This document shows, one piece after another, positions 1-8,846 of a stretch of DNA of 64,000 nucleotides; the stretch's first letter is position 1; every line of letters begins with the position of its first letter. Position numbers and translations under genes: made by a program. The notes beneath the pieces were generated by a model. The model made no database searches. It worked only from the letters and a program-made list of their open reading frames with translations, and was not told where the DNA came from. The DNA is taken from contig VXPQ01000032.1 in the NCBI GenBank assembly GCA_009839485.1, positions 26,982 to 90,981 on the forward strand, in the 5' to 3' direction. The DNA is from Bacteroidetes bacterium SB0662_bin_6. Lineage in GTDB: Bacteria > Bacteroidota > Rhodothermia > Rhodothermales > VXPQ01.

Positions 1-150
1 GGCCACCGTAAAGCCCAGCCAGAATTCGTCCAGTCCGAACACCGATTCGAGCGCCTCGGTCGTGCCGGAAATCACGGCCGTATCGAAGCCGAAAAGAAGG
101 CCGCCGAGGGCGGCCACGATGGTGCTGAAAAAGACGGTGCGACGGTTCAT
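1..150 (-). CDS. MFS sugar porter, N-terminal 50 codons (partial; runs off the window)
   Basis: The reverse complement of 148-150 is ATG. Translation is MNRRTVFFSTIVAALGGLLFGFDTAVISGTTEALESVFGLDEFWLGFTVA. The GGLLFGFDTAVISG stretch is the typical TM1 signature of the sugar-porter family. Not in the ORF track because it is under 60 aa and truncated. Confidence 0.75.
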   Translation of the reverse strand, partial: MNRRTVFFSTIVAALGGLLFGFDTAVISGTTEALESVFGLDEFWLGFTVA

Positions 151-231
151 AATGGTCAGAACTCTATGGCTCGTTGATCGAAATACCGTTAAAGGGAGAT
201 GAAGCGGATAAAACCCGGCGGGGCCAGTCGA

Positions 232-1812
232 TTACCAGACGGAAGCCAGTGTCCACATGTCGAGCGACACGAGGCGGGCGGCGCCGCCTTCCGCATAGAT
301 ACTCACCCCCTCACTGTCCGGAGACGGAAACACCTGGCTGGTGAACACAATGGCGCCGTCATCGGCAAAAACCTCCACGGACGACCAGTCCACGAACACA
401 TGCAGTTTTACGCGCCCCTCCGGCGCTTCCATAGACGCCTCGAAGAGGTCTGCATAGGTCGGGTGAAATTCCTTTTCGCCGGACCGATACCGGTCCACGA
501 ACACCTCCTTGCGAAGCACGTCATACCCGATCACCGTTTCCTCCCCTTCGCCCTGACGCACTTTCAGGCCGACTTCCGCGGCGTCGCCGACCTCCAGTTC
601 CACCACGAGTTCAATCGCCTTGCCGGCGATCCCTTCGCCGGTCAGGTCGTGTTCTCCTTCCGCAATGGCGCGTACGTCGAGGCGGCGATGCGTTTCGCGC
701 AGCGTCTTCAATTCCTCGACAGGCTTCTGGACCAGCCACACATCGCCGAGCGCGTTGGCCCGCAGCGACAGGGCGCGCGGCAGACTCTGCGCACTGCGCC
801 AGGGGTCCGTCGGAATCTCTCCGGCATACAGCCAGTTGTTCAGCCAGCCCACCCACAGGCGGCGGCCGTCTTCTTCCGGTACGTCGGACCAGGAAATGGC
901 GGCGTAAAAATCCTTTGCGTAATCTACCCAGCGGGTATCCGCGTGCTCGGCAACAAAGGTGGTTCCGTCAAAATGCCCCACGAAGTACTGCCCGCCCGAG
1001 CCGCCCGCGACGGCGCCCCCTCCATTATCCACGTCCAGCACCCAGCGTGTCTCCCCGGGCCGGTTCTCGATGGGCAGTTCGAACAGATCGGGACATTCCC
1101 AGATGCCGGTCACGTTCCCCGCAGGGCCGAACTCGCTCAGAAACGTCCAGGATTTCAGGTCCTTCGAGGAATAAAAATGCACCTTCCGGTCCACGGACAG
1201 CGCCACGACCATCACCCATTTCTCTTCCGGCGCATACCAGAACACTTTGGGATCGCGAAAATCCGTAAGACCGAAATCGAGCACGGGATTGCCCTCGTAA
1301 GGCGTCCAGGTGCGCCCCCGGTCGGTACTCCATGCGATATACTGCGCCTGCAGGCGCCGCTCCCGGTAGTGCCCCGTATAAATGGCGATCATCGGGGGGT
1401 TCTCATCGGTTCCGAACCCGCTCGTGTTGTTCCAGTCCACCACCGCGCTCCCGGAGAACGCCATGACGCTGTCCGTCTCAGGAATAGCGACGGACAAGTG
1501 CTCCCAGTGAAGCAAATCGGGGCTCACCGCATGCCCCCAGCTCATGTGGCCCCAGCGCGTACCGAAGGGGTTGTACTGGTAGAACAAGTGGTACTCGTCG
1601 TCGAACCAGACCAGCCCGTTCGGATCGTTCATCCAGTTGACGGCGGGCGTAAAGTGGTATTGCGGGCGGTAGCGCTCCGTGTAGGTGGGTTCGGGCTGCG
1701 CACTGGCGCGGTGCGCCGGGACGGTGGCCAGCAGCACGGCAAGGAGAACCGGCGCGGTCCATACAGCGCAGCGCAAACGCAGGGAAGAAAAAAGCATGGG
1801 TTTATCCGACAT
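232..1812 (-). CDS. Glycoside hydrolase family 32 (secreted beta-fructofuranosidase/levanase-type)
   Basis: WMNDPNGLVWFDDEYHLFYQYNP catalytic N-terminal motif, plus the RDPKV and ECPD motifs. I moved the start to the internal ATG at 1812 (MSDKPMLFSS...), which gives a signal peptide ending in AHRASAQ. The track ORF extends to 2034. Confidence 0.9.
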   Translation of the reverse strand: MSDKPMLFSSLRLRCAVWTAPVLLAVLLATVPAHRASAQPEPTYTERYRPQYHFTPAVNWMNDPNGLVWFDDEYHLFYQYNPFGTRWGHMSWGHAVSPDLLHWEHLSVAIPETDSVMAFSGSAVVDWNNTSGFGTDENPPMIAIYTGHYRERRLQAQYIAWSTDRGRTWTPYEGNPVLDFGLTDFRDPKVFWYAPEEKWVMVVALSVDRKVHFYSSKDLKSWTFLSEFGPAGNVTGIWECPDLFELPIENRPGETRWVLDVDNGGGAVAGGSGGQYFVGHFDGTTFVAEHADTRWVDYAKDFYAAISWSDVPEEDGRRLWVGWLNNWLYAGEIPTDPWRSAQSLPRALSLRANALGDVWLVQKPVEELKTLRETHRRLDVRAIAEGEHDLTGEGIAGKAIELVVELEVGDAAEVGLKVRQGEGEETVIGYDVLRKEVFVDRYRSGEKEFHPTYADLFEASMEAPEGRVKLHVFVDWSSVEVFADDGAIVFTSQVFPSPDSEGVSIYAEGGAARLVSLDMWTLASVW

Positions 1813-2036
1813 GATCACAGGGCTGGTTTGGAACGCATGAAATATAGGATATTCGAAGAAATACGATATCGCTCGATACCCATCCCGGTACAGGGTAAAG
1901 GGATCATGCCCCTTGCCGATACGTAGCATGCTGGTTCCATGACAAATGTCGCTCTGAGAGAAAGTATGCGGCATCTTCCACGCCATTCGCAAACCGGCAC
2001 GCCACGGCGCTCCGTTCCCCACCCTCTTCCGCAACG

Positions 2037-2531
2037 ATGAATACAGGACGCATAAGGCGAATCCTTTTGCTTGTTGTCCTTGCCTGCATCGCGGGCGGTT
2101 GCGATACCGGCATCAACGAAGAACCGCCCCCGGTGCTCGTTCTGCTGCCGCGCGAGGTAGAAGAAGACGAATACATAACGACCGGGAGCGGTTTGCAATA
2201 TCACGATTTCGTGATTGGCGACGGCGAAGAAGCCGATTCCACCCACCGCGTCATAGTACATTATGCCGGATGGCTTACGGACCAAAGACTGATAGGAACT
2301 TCGTACCTTACGAATGCGCCGATCACTGTCACTCTTGGTTCCGATACGATCATCGACGGATGGAGCGAAGGGATTCCGGGCATGCGCGAAGGAGGCGAAC
2401 GCCAGTTGGTTGTTCCCCCGGAACTCGGTTATGGAGAGGACGGATTCGACGGAGCAGGCATTCCTTCGAACGCCACGCTTATCTACGAAATCGAACTCCT
2501 CAGTATAGAATCCGAAGAATCCGATCAGTAG
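2037..2531 (+). CDS. FKBP-type peptidyl-prolyl cis-trans isomerase, lipoprotein
   Basis: Lipobox LACIAGGC. FKBP core VIVHYAGWL...GWSEGIPGMREGGERQLVVPPELGYG...ATLIYEIELL. Confidence 0.9.
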   Translation: MNTGRIRRILLLVVLACIAGGCDTGINEEPPPVLVLLPREVEEDEYITTGSGLQYHDFVIGDGEEADSTHRVIVHYAGWLTDQRLIGTSYLTNAPITVTLGSDTIIDGWSEGIPGMREGGERQLVVPPELGYGEDGFDGAGIPSNATLIYEIELLSIESEESDQ

Positions 2532-2577
2532 CCGACCGGTTCGTCATCCGGAGCCCTGACCTCTGTCCCCTCCCTTC

Positions 2578-3594
2578 ATGATCGAAACAAGCATCATCGG
2601 CAGTTACGCCTGGCCATCCTGGTTTTTTACCAGCCTGGAGGCCATGAAAGAGGGCAGGTACGGCGTCCGGGATATCGAAGAAACACTGGATGACGCCGTC
2701 GATCTGGCGATCCGGGACCAGGAGGATGCCGGCGTAGACGTGATTTCCGATGGCGAAATGCGCCGTATCGGCTTCTTCACCGCCGGTTTCTACGGGCGGC
2801 TGAAAGGGCTGGGAAATATCGAACCCAGCCCCCGGCGCATCGGCCCGGCGGGACACGACCAGCGGGAACGGTACGAAGCGCTGGAACCGATTACGGCGCC
2901 GGACGGCTTGGGCCTCGTCGCCGAATACCGGTATGTCCGCAAACGCACGCAACGGCGGATCAAAATGCCCTGTCCCGGCCCGTATACGCTGGCCGGACGC
3001 ATCAAAACCCCCGGAAAACACTATCGGGACCGCATGGAAGTGGCCCACGCGTTTTCCGATCTCATCCGGGCCGAATTACAGGAATTGGTCAAGGAAGGCG
3101 TGGATTTCATCCAGTTGGACGAACCCTCCTATGCGGTCCATCCCGACGCGCCGACCGAATTCGTCGACCTCTTCAACCGGACCGTCGAGGGCGTCGACGC
3201 CCGCATAGGCATTCACCTGTGTTTCGGAAATTTCGTGGGGCGGCCTGTGGCGCACCGTACATACGCTCCGTTGTTTCCCCATATTCTGGATATGCATGCG
3301 GACGAATTCGCCATGGAATTCGCAAACCGCGAGCTTGCCGAAATCGAACTGACTGCACGCCTTGTGGAAGCCGGAAAAGATGTGGCGGCGGGCCTCGTGG
3401 ACGTGAAGAACTACTTCGTCGAACCGCCGGAACTGGTGGCGGAACGCATCCGGGCGCTTCTTGCATACGTTCCCCCGGAGCGTCTTTCCATCACGCCGGA
3501 TTGCGGATTCAGTCAGACGGCGCGCTGGGCGGCCCGCGCCAAACTGCACACCATGGTGAAGGGGGCGCATATCGTGCGGGCGGAACTGGGGTAA
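2578..3594 (+). CDS. Cobalamin-independent methionine synthase family protein (short MetE C-terminal-domain type)
   Basis: About 338 aa. Zn-ligand contexts IHLCFGN and ITPDCGF. Overall MetE catalytic-domain pattern. Confidence 0.8.
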   Translation: MIETSIIGSYAWPSWFFTSLEAMKEGRYGVRDIEETLDDAVDLAIRDQEDAGVDVISDGEMRRIGFFTAGFYGRLKGLGNIEPSPRRIGPAGHDQRERYEALEPITAPDGLGLVAEYRYVRKRTQRRIKMPCPGPYTLAGRIKTPGKHYRDRMEVAHAFSDLIRAELQELVKEGVDFIQLDEPSYAVHPDAPTEFVDLFNRTVEGVDARIGIHLCFGNFVGRPVAHRTYAPLFPHILDMHADEFAMEFANRELAEIELTARLVEAGKDVAAGLVDVKNYFVEPPELVAERIRALLAYVPPERLSITPDCGFSQTARWAARAKLHTMVKGAHIVRAELG

Positions 3595-3601
3595 CGAACC
3601 G

Positions 3602-4450
3602 CTACCCCATCAGATCGCAACTCCACCGCCCCCCGGCGGCAAGCTGCACTGTGCGCAGCCCAAGGCGCGCCGCCTCCTCGAAAAACGGCTCCGGTGAAGC
3701 CGTATTGAAAGCAAACATCTCGTAGTGGCACGGGATGGCTGCCCGCGCCCCGATATCGTGCGCCAGATGCGCCGCTTCCTCGCCGGTAAGGTTGCCGGGC
3801 ACGCCGCGCGCCGGATCCCGCCCGTTGACGGGCAGCATGCAAACATCGATATGGAACGGACGCAAAAGATCGGCCATGCCCTCGTACCGGATCGTATCGC
3901 CGCTGTGATACACGGTCCACGGCCCGAATTGCACCACATACCCGAGGTGCGTATGACGCCCCGCTCCGTCCGTTGCGAGCGTCTCGTGCGCTGCCGGCAC
4001 GGCCATGAACCGGAACGGCCCGACTGTATTTTCCGCCCCGACCGTCATGCCGACGGGCCATGAAGGATCGCACCGAAGACGATCCGCCACAAAGGACCGG
4101 TTCGCCTCCGGAATGACCAGTTGCAGCGCATCGTTCGCCTGCATCAGCGGCAGAAGGGTTTCCGCATCCAGATGATCCGTGTGGTTGTGGGTGGAGGTCG
4201 CCGCATCTATGAAATCAAGGCGCTCCGGCGCGATGACGCGTTCCGTGATCCGTACATGCGGCTTGGAGGTGCCGTCATATTTCTTCGTCAGCGAGTCGGA
4301 CAGGTACGGGTCGAACAACAAGTGAGCGCCCTGCCATTGCAGCAAAAAACCGCTTTGCCCCAGCCACCAGAGGTGGAAGGGTTCGGAACGGCGATGCGCT
4401 GCGCGCACATCCGCAAGAAAGTCGTCGCCGGATCGTTCGGGTTGGATCAT
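3602..4450 (-). CDS. MBL-fold metallo-hydrolase
   Basis: HxHxDH motif (THNHTDHLD). Start moved to the ATG at 4450 (MIQPERS...). The track ORF begins at 4507. Confidence 0.8.
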   Translation of the reverse strand: MIQPERSGDDFLADVRAAHRRSEPFHLWWLGQSGFLLQWQGAHLLFDPYLSDSLTKKYDGTSKPHVRITERVIAPERLDFIDAATSTHNHTDHLDAETLLPLMQANDALQLVIPEANRSFVADRLRCDPSWPVGMTVGAENTVGPFRFMAVPAAHETLATDGAGRHTHLGYVVQFGPWTVYHSGDTIRYEGMADLLRPFHIDVCMLPVNGRDPARGVPGNLTGEEAAHLAHDIGARAAIPCHYEMFAFNTASPEPFFEEAARLGLRTVQLAAGGRWSCDLMG

Positions 4451-4673
4451 GGAATACGTACTACAGAATGACACGGATCGGGAATGGCAGGCCATGCCCG
4501 ACAGCAAAAATAAGCCGCCTGTATTGTCGGCACATCGACTGGCGTATCTTTCCAGGCGGATACGCCCCCAAAGGTACGAAAAGACGTTTTCCCGCTGCGA
4601 AATTTCCTACATTGGCAACCTTCTCGCAGTACATAGTAACCGCAGCGGTTTTGCCAACCCCCATCCCCTCCTC

Positions 4674-5822
4674 ATGCGACGACGCACAATCTTCCCGATG
4701 CTTTCCCTCCTGCTCATGGCTTCCTGTACCGGCGCGCCGGATGAGGCGGAAGCGCCGGAACCTGTTCCCGGCGTACAGGTCGCCCCGTTCGGCGAGGTGG
4801 ACGGCATACCCGTAGAGCTCTTCACGCTGGCGAATGCCCACGGCATGGAAATCCGCCTCACGAACTATGGAGGCATCGTGACCCATCTGTTCGTGCCGGA
4901 CGCAGAGGATACGCCCGGCGACATCGCGCTTGGTTACGACACGCTTGAAGGGTATCTGGAGCAGTCCCCATACTTCGGCTCCCTCATCGGGCGGTACGGA
5001 AACCGGATCGGCGGAGCCGCCTTCACCCTCGACGGGGAAACCTGGACGCTTGCCGCCAACAACGGCCCCAATCACCTGCACGGAGGCGAACGGGGATTCG
5101 ACAAGGTGGTCTGGGCAGCGGAACCCTTTGAGGAAGCCGGCCGGCGCGGCGTGCGGCTCGCCTACACCAGTCCGGACGGAGAGGAAGGCTACCCGGGCAC
5201 GCTCGATATGGAAGTGACGTATACGCTCACCGACGAAAACGCCTTCGAAATCGACTACCACGCCACGACGGACAAGGCAACCCCCGTCAACCTGACGCAG
5301 CACACCTATTTCAATCTGGCCGGAGTGGGCAGCGGAGACATCCTCGGTCACGAACTCACGCTCCATGCGGACCGGTTCACGCCCGCTGACGAAACGCTGA
5401 TCCCCACCGGAGAACTGCGACCGGTCGCAGGAACCCCCTTCGACTTCACGGAACCGACCGCCATAGGCGCGCGCATCGACGCGGATAATCTCCAGATCGA
5501 GTACGGGGGCGGCTACGACCACAACTTCGTACTGAACGGAGAGCCCGGTGTCCTGAGACTCGCGGCCCGGGTCGCGGATCCTGTCACCGGGCGCGTCATG
5601 GAAGTGCATACCACCGAGCCGGGCATACAATTCTACACGGGGAATTTCCTGGACGGATCCATTACCGGCAAGGGCGTATCCTATGAGAGGCGCAGCGGCT
5701 TCTGTCTCGAAACGCAGCATTTTCCGGATTCGCCGAATCAGGACGCGTTCCCGTCGACGATTCTGCGACCGGGCGAAACGTATACTTCCCGCACCATCTA
5801 TTCCTTCGACGTATTACCATGA
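4674..5822 (+). CDS. galM: Aldose 1-epimerase (galactose mutarotase), lipoprotein
   Basis: NGPNHLHGGERGFDKVVW and the ETQHFPDSPN region are typical of the mutarotase family. Start moved to 4674 (MRRRTIFPMLSLLLMASC lipobox). The stop overlaps the msrA start (ATGA). Confidence 0.85.
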   Translation: MRRRTIFPMLSLLLMASCTGAPDEAEAPEPVPGVQVAPFGEVDGIPVELFTLANAHGMEIRLTNYGGIVTHLFVPDAEDTPGDIALGYDTLEGYLEQSPYFGSLIGRYGNRIGGAAFTLDGETWTLAANNGPNHLHGGERGFDKVVWAAEPFEEAGRRGVRLAYTSPDGEEGYPGTLDMEVTYTLTDENAFEIDYHATTDKATPVNLTQHTYFNLAGVGSGDILGHELTLHADRFTPADETLIPTGELRPVAGTPFDFTEPTAIGARIDADNLQIEYGGGYDHNFVLNGEPGVLRLAARVADPVTGRVMEVHTTEPGIQFYTGNFLDGSITGKGVSYERRSGFCLETQHFPDSPNQDAFPSTILRPGETYTSRTIYSFDVLP

Positions 5823-6349
5823 TGGAACAGGCTACGCTCGGAGGAGGCTGCTTCTGGTGTCTTGAAGCCGTCTTTGAGCCGCTTCGAGGGATACGCAAAA
5901 TCGTCCCGGGCTATGCCGGCGGCCATGTCCCCGACCCGACCTACCGGCAGGTATGCACCGGACGTACGGGGCATGCTGAAGTCGTGCAAATCGACTTCGA
6001 TCCTTCCGAAATCTCCTACCGGGATGTTCTTAATATTTTTTTCACAATGCACGATCCGACGACACCGGACCGGCAGGGTGGAGATGTCGGACCGCAATAC
6101 CGCTCCATCATCCTGCACCATGACGAAGCCCAAGCAACCGCGGCGCAAAGCGTGCTGGCCGAGTTCGACGGCAAGGGTATCTGGCACAACCCCATCGTGA
6201 CCGAAATAGAGCCGCTGGACACCTTCTATCCTGCGGAAGAGGAACACCATGCGTACTACCGGGACAATACCCGGCAACCTTATTGCCGCATCGTCATTGC
6301 TCCCAAGGTCGCCAAGCTGCGCAAGGAATACGCGGCTCGCCTGAAGTAA
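5819..6349 (+). CDS. msrA: Peptide-methionine (S)-S-oxide reductase
   Basis: GGGCFWC active-site motif. GHAEVVQIDFDP and the HDPTT...RQGGDVGPQYRS region. Confidence 0.95.
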   Translation: MMEQATLGGGCFWCLEAVFEPLRGIRKIVPGYAGGHVPDPTYRQVCTGRTGHAEVVQIDFDPSEISYRDVLNIFFTMHDPTTPDRQGGDVGPQYRSIILHHDEAQATAAQSVLAEFDGKGIWHNPIVTEIEPLDTFYPAEEEHHAYYRDNTRQPYCRIVIAPKVAKLRKEYAARLK

Positions 6350-6360
6350 CCCGTATGAAG

Positions 6361-6379
6361 TAGGACCTGTTAACACTAT
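6361..6379 (+). repeat. Intergenic motif copy a (TAGGACCTGTTAACACTAT)
   Basis: Lies in the 28 nt msrA-AKR spacer. Its 3' end overlaps the AKR ATG. Confidence 0.6.
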
Positions 6380-7361
6380 GTCTCTCGATACACGCCCCCT
6401 CGGATATACCGGAGAACAACTTACCGGCGTCGGCCTCGGCACCTGGGCCATCGGCGGCGGCGACTGGCAATACGGATGGGGGCGCCAGGATGACCGGGAC
6501 TCCATCGCCGCCATCCGCCGTGCGCTCGATGTGGGCATCAACTGGATAGACACAGCCCGCATCTACGGCCTCGGACATTCCGAAAAGATCGTGGGGGAGG
6601 CCATTGCAGGCCGCCGGGACGAGGTTTTTCTGGCCACGAAATGTGGACGCCTATGGAACGACGACGGCGCCATCTACGGAAGCCTGAAGGCCGCCGATGT
6701 ACGCATGGAATGCGAATCGAGCCTGAAACGCCTCAAAACGGACGTGATCGACCTGTACCAGATTCACTGGCCCGATCCTCTCGGAGAAATCGAGGAAGGA
6801 TGGACCGAAATCGCAAAATTGGTCGAGGAGGGCAAGATCCGCTATGCCGGCGTATCCAACTTCACGGTGGAACACCTGCGGGCCGTGCAGACCATTCACC
6901 CGGTGGCGTCACTCCAGCCGCCCTACAGTATGTTGCGGCGCGGCGTCGAGGATGCCCTGTTGCCGTATTGCGCCGAAAACAACATCGGCGTGATTGTCTA
7001 CAGCCCCATGGTATGCGGTCTTCTGACCGGTAAATTCTCCAAAGCCCACCTTGCCGGGCTGCCTGCAAACGACTGGCGGCACGGGAATGTCGAGTTCCGG
7101 GCGCCGGCCTTCGAGGCGAATCTTACCCTGGTCGATGGCCTGAAACCGATCGCCGAGCGCAACGATCTGACGCTTTCTCAACTGGCCATCGCATGGGTGC
7201 TCCGGCGACCCGAGGTGACCTCCGCAATCGTGGGCGCCCGGAAACCGGACCAGATCGAGGAAACCGCCCGGGCAGGCAACGCAGCGCTTTCAGAAAACGA
7301 CGTGCACGCCATAGAAAACCTGCTGGCGCAACGGCAGGAAACGATCGCAGCGGCGGCCTGA
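6378..7361 (+). CDS. Aldo/keto reductase
   Basis: GLGTWAIGG...LDVGINWIDTARIYG...LYQIHWPD pattern of AKR family proteins. Confidence 0.9.
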   Translation: MSLDTRPLGYTGEQLTGVGLGTWAIGGGDWQYGWGRQDDRDSIAAIRRALDVGINWIDTARIYGLGHSEKIVGEAIAGRRDEVFLATKCGRLWNDDGAIYGSLKAADVRMECESSLKRLKTDVIDLYQIHWPDPLGEIEEGWTEIAKLVEEGKIRYAGVSNFTVEHLRAVQTIHPVASLQPPYSMLRRGVEDALLPYCAENNIGVIVYSPMVCGLLTGKFSKAHLAGLPANDWRHGNVEFRAPAFEANLTLVDGLKPIAERNDLTLSQLAIAWVLRRPEVTSAIVGARKPDQIEETARAGNAALSENDVHAIENLLAQRQETIAAAA

Positions 7362-7415
7362 TTCCAGGCGGATCGCGACTCCATCCGCCCGAGGTCTGCG
7401 CGCCGACCGGACAGG

Positions 7416-8846
7416 CTACCCTTCTTGCGGAACCGGCAATCCCAACTGGTCGGCAGCATCGAGAATCAGCGCATGAGCGCGTTCCGGCGTTTCCGCTTCG
7501 GCATAGACGCGGAGCAACGGCTCTGTCCCCGAAGGCCGTACCAGCAGCCAGCCCCCTTCGACATGGTGCTTGAACCCGTCGAAAGGATCCACCCGCAGCA
7601 CGGCAGAGCCTGCAATCGCTTCCGGCCCGTCGCCCTTCCGGAGCCGCTCCAATATGCCTGCCTTTTTCGCATCGGTGGTGCGAAAATCAATGCGGCGGTA
7701 GGCTTGTGCGCCGAACTCGTCGTGTAACTCCGCTACAAGTTCCGACAGTTGTTTGCCCCGTTGCGCCATCATCTGCATCACAAGCAGACCAATGTACAGA
7801 CCGTCCCGATCCGGAATATGCCCCTGTGCGGCAATGCCCCCTGATTCCTCACCTCCCAGAAGCACATCCCCCTTCACGATATGCCCGGCAATGTACTTGA
7901 AACCGATCCGGGTCGTCTCGACGGGAAGCCCGTATGCTTCCGCCATGCGATCGATGATCGAGGTGCTTGAAAAGGCTTTGACAACCCGGCCCGACATCCC
8001 AAGATCCTTGTGAAGATATCTGACGAGCAACGCCAGGAGGGTATGCGAATCCACAAACCTTCCCCGTTCGTCAAAGAGGGCCACCCGGTCCGCATCTCCG
8101 TCGTTGGCAATGCCCGCAGCGCATCCCTCGGCGACAACAGCCTCGGAAAGCATTTCCAGATTGCACTCGATCGGTTCCGGCGGCTGCCCTCCGAACCCCG
8201 GATTGTGTGTACTCCGCAACGCCGCCACCTGCCCGGCGCCGAGCAATTCGGTGAAAACGCCCTGCCCGGCGCCGAACATGGCGTCGTGTGCGACACGCAG
8301 ACCGGAAGCGCGGATCGCCTTGATATCAAGGCGGCTCCTGAGGCAATCCAGATAGCCTGTCGTGAAATCCTGCGCTATAATTCCTCCGCTTCTCCGCAAC
8401 ATATCCAACGGCTTCGGAGCAGGCAGAATATCATCGTCGGCAGGTATCCGGGCCTCTACCTCAGCGATGCCGTCCGGCAGCAGGGGTCCGCCGAAATCCG
8501 CCTTCAATTTGAACCCGTTATATTCGGGCGGATTATGACTGGCCGTAATGACGATACCGGCCGCACACCCGAATTCCCGTGTAGCCCAGCTTACGGCGGG
8601 AGTAGGTACGAACGATTCCGGCAACAGCACCTCGATGCCCGCCGAGGCCAGTACGCGGGCGGCGTATTCCGCGAAGGAACGTCCGAGAAACCGCGTATCG
8701 TACCCGACCACGACCTTTGGGGCTGCAGGGGATTGTGCAAGAACCCATTCGGCAGTCGCATGGGCCACTCTGTGCAGATTGCGGAACGTGAAGTCCTCTC
8801 CGATCACGGCGCGCCAGCCGTCTGTTCCGAAACGAATATCCGCCAT
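7416..8846 (-). CDS. Alpha-D-phosphohexomutase (phosphoglucomutase/phosphomannomutase family)
   Basis: The real start MADIRFGTDGWRA is at 8846. Active-site loop TASHNPPEYNGFK. The track ORF (to 9416) is an Arg/Gly-rich artefactual extension that overlaps recN. Confidence 0.9.
   Translation of the reverse strand: MADIRFGTDGWRAVIGEDFTFRNLHRVAHATAEWVLAQSPAAPKVVVGYDTRFLGRSFAEYAARVLASAGIEVLLPESFVPTPAVSWATREFGCAAGIVITASHNPPEYNGFKLKADFGGPLLPDGIAEVEARIPADDDILPAPKPLDMLRRSGGIIAQDFTTGYLDCLRSRLDIKAIRASGLRVAHDAMFGAGQGVFTELLGAGQVAALRSTHNPGFGGQPPEPIECNLEMLSEAVVAEGCAAGIANDGDADRVALFDERGRFVDSHTLLALLVRYLHKDLGMSGRVVKAFSSTSIIDRMAEAYGLPVETTRIGFKYIAGHIVKGDVLLGGEESGGIAAQGHIPDRDGLYIGLLVMQMMAQRGKQLSELVAELHDEFGAQAYRRIDFRTTDAKKAGILERLRKGDGPEAIAGSAVLRVDPFDGFKHHVEGGWLLVRPSGTEPLLRVYAEAETPERAHALILDAADQLGLPVPQEG

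Noticed and set aside
199-1926. 575 aa plus-strand ORF overlapping the GH32 gene. Similar very long ORFs are at 10688-12658, 29965-31470, 31491-32990, 42207-44087, 46987-48564, 4461-5720 and 28714-29772.
   Set aside because: All are antisense to genes with unmistakable conserved motifs (GH32, SecA, PyrB/PyrR, DUF58/M20, ThrS, PheT, GalM, Rieske). Their translations are Arg/Gly/Pro/His-rich low-information sequences, typical of shadow ORFs in high-GC DNA.
2532-2577. Riboswitch (SAM or cobalamin) upstream of the MetE-like gene.
   Set aside because: The spacer is only 46 nt and has no conserved riboswitch core. It is too short for either class.
7368-7390. GGCGGAT-N9-ATCCGCC hairpin between the convergent AKR and phosphohexomutase genes, considered as a bidirectional terminator.
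   Set aside because: It is plausible, but there is no U/T-run on either side. I kept it as an observation only rather than a feature call.
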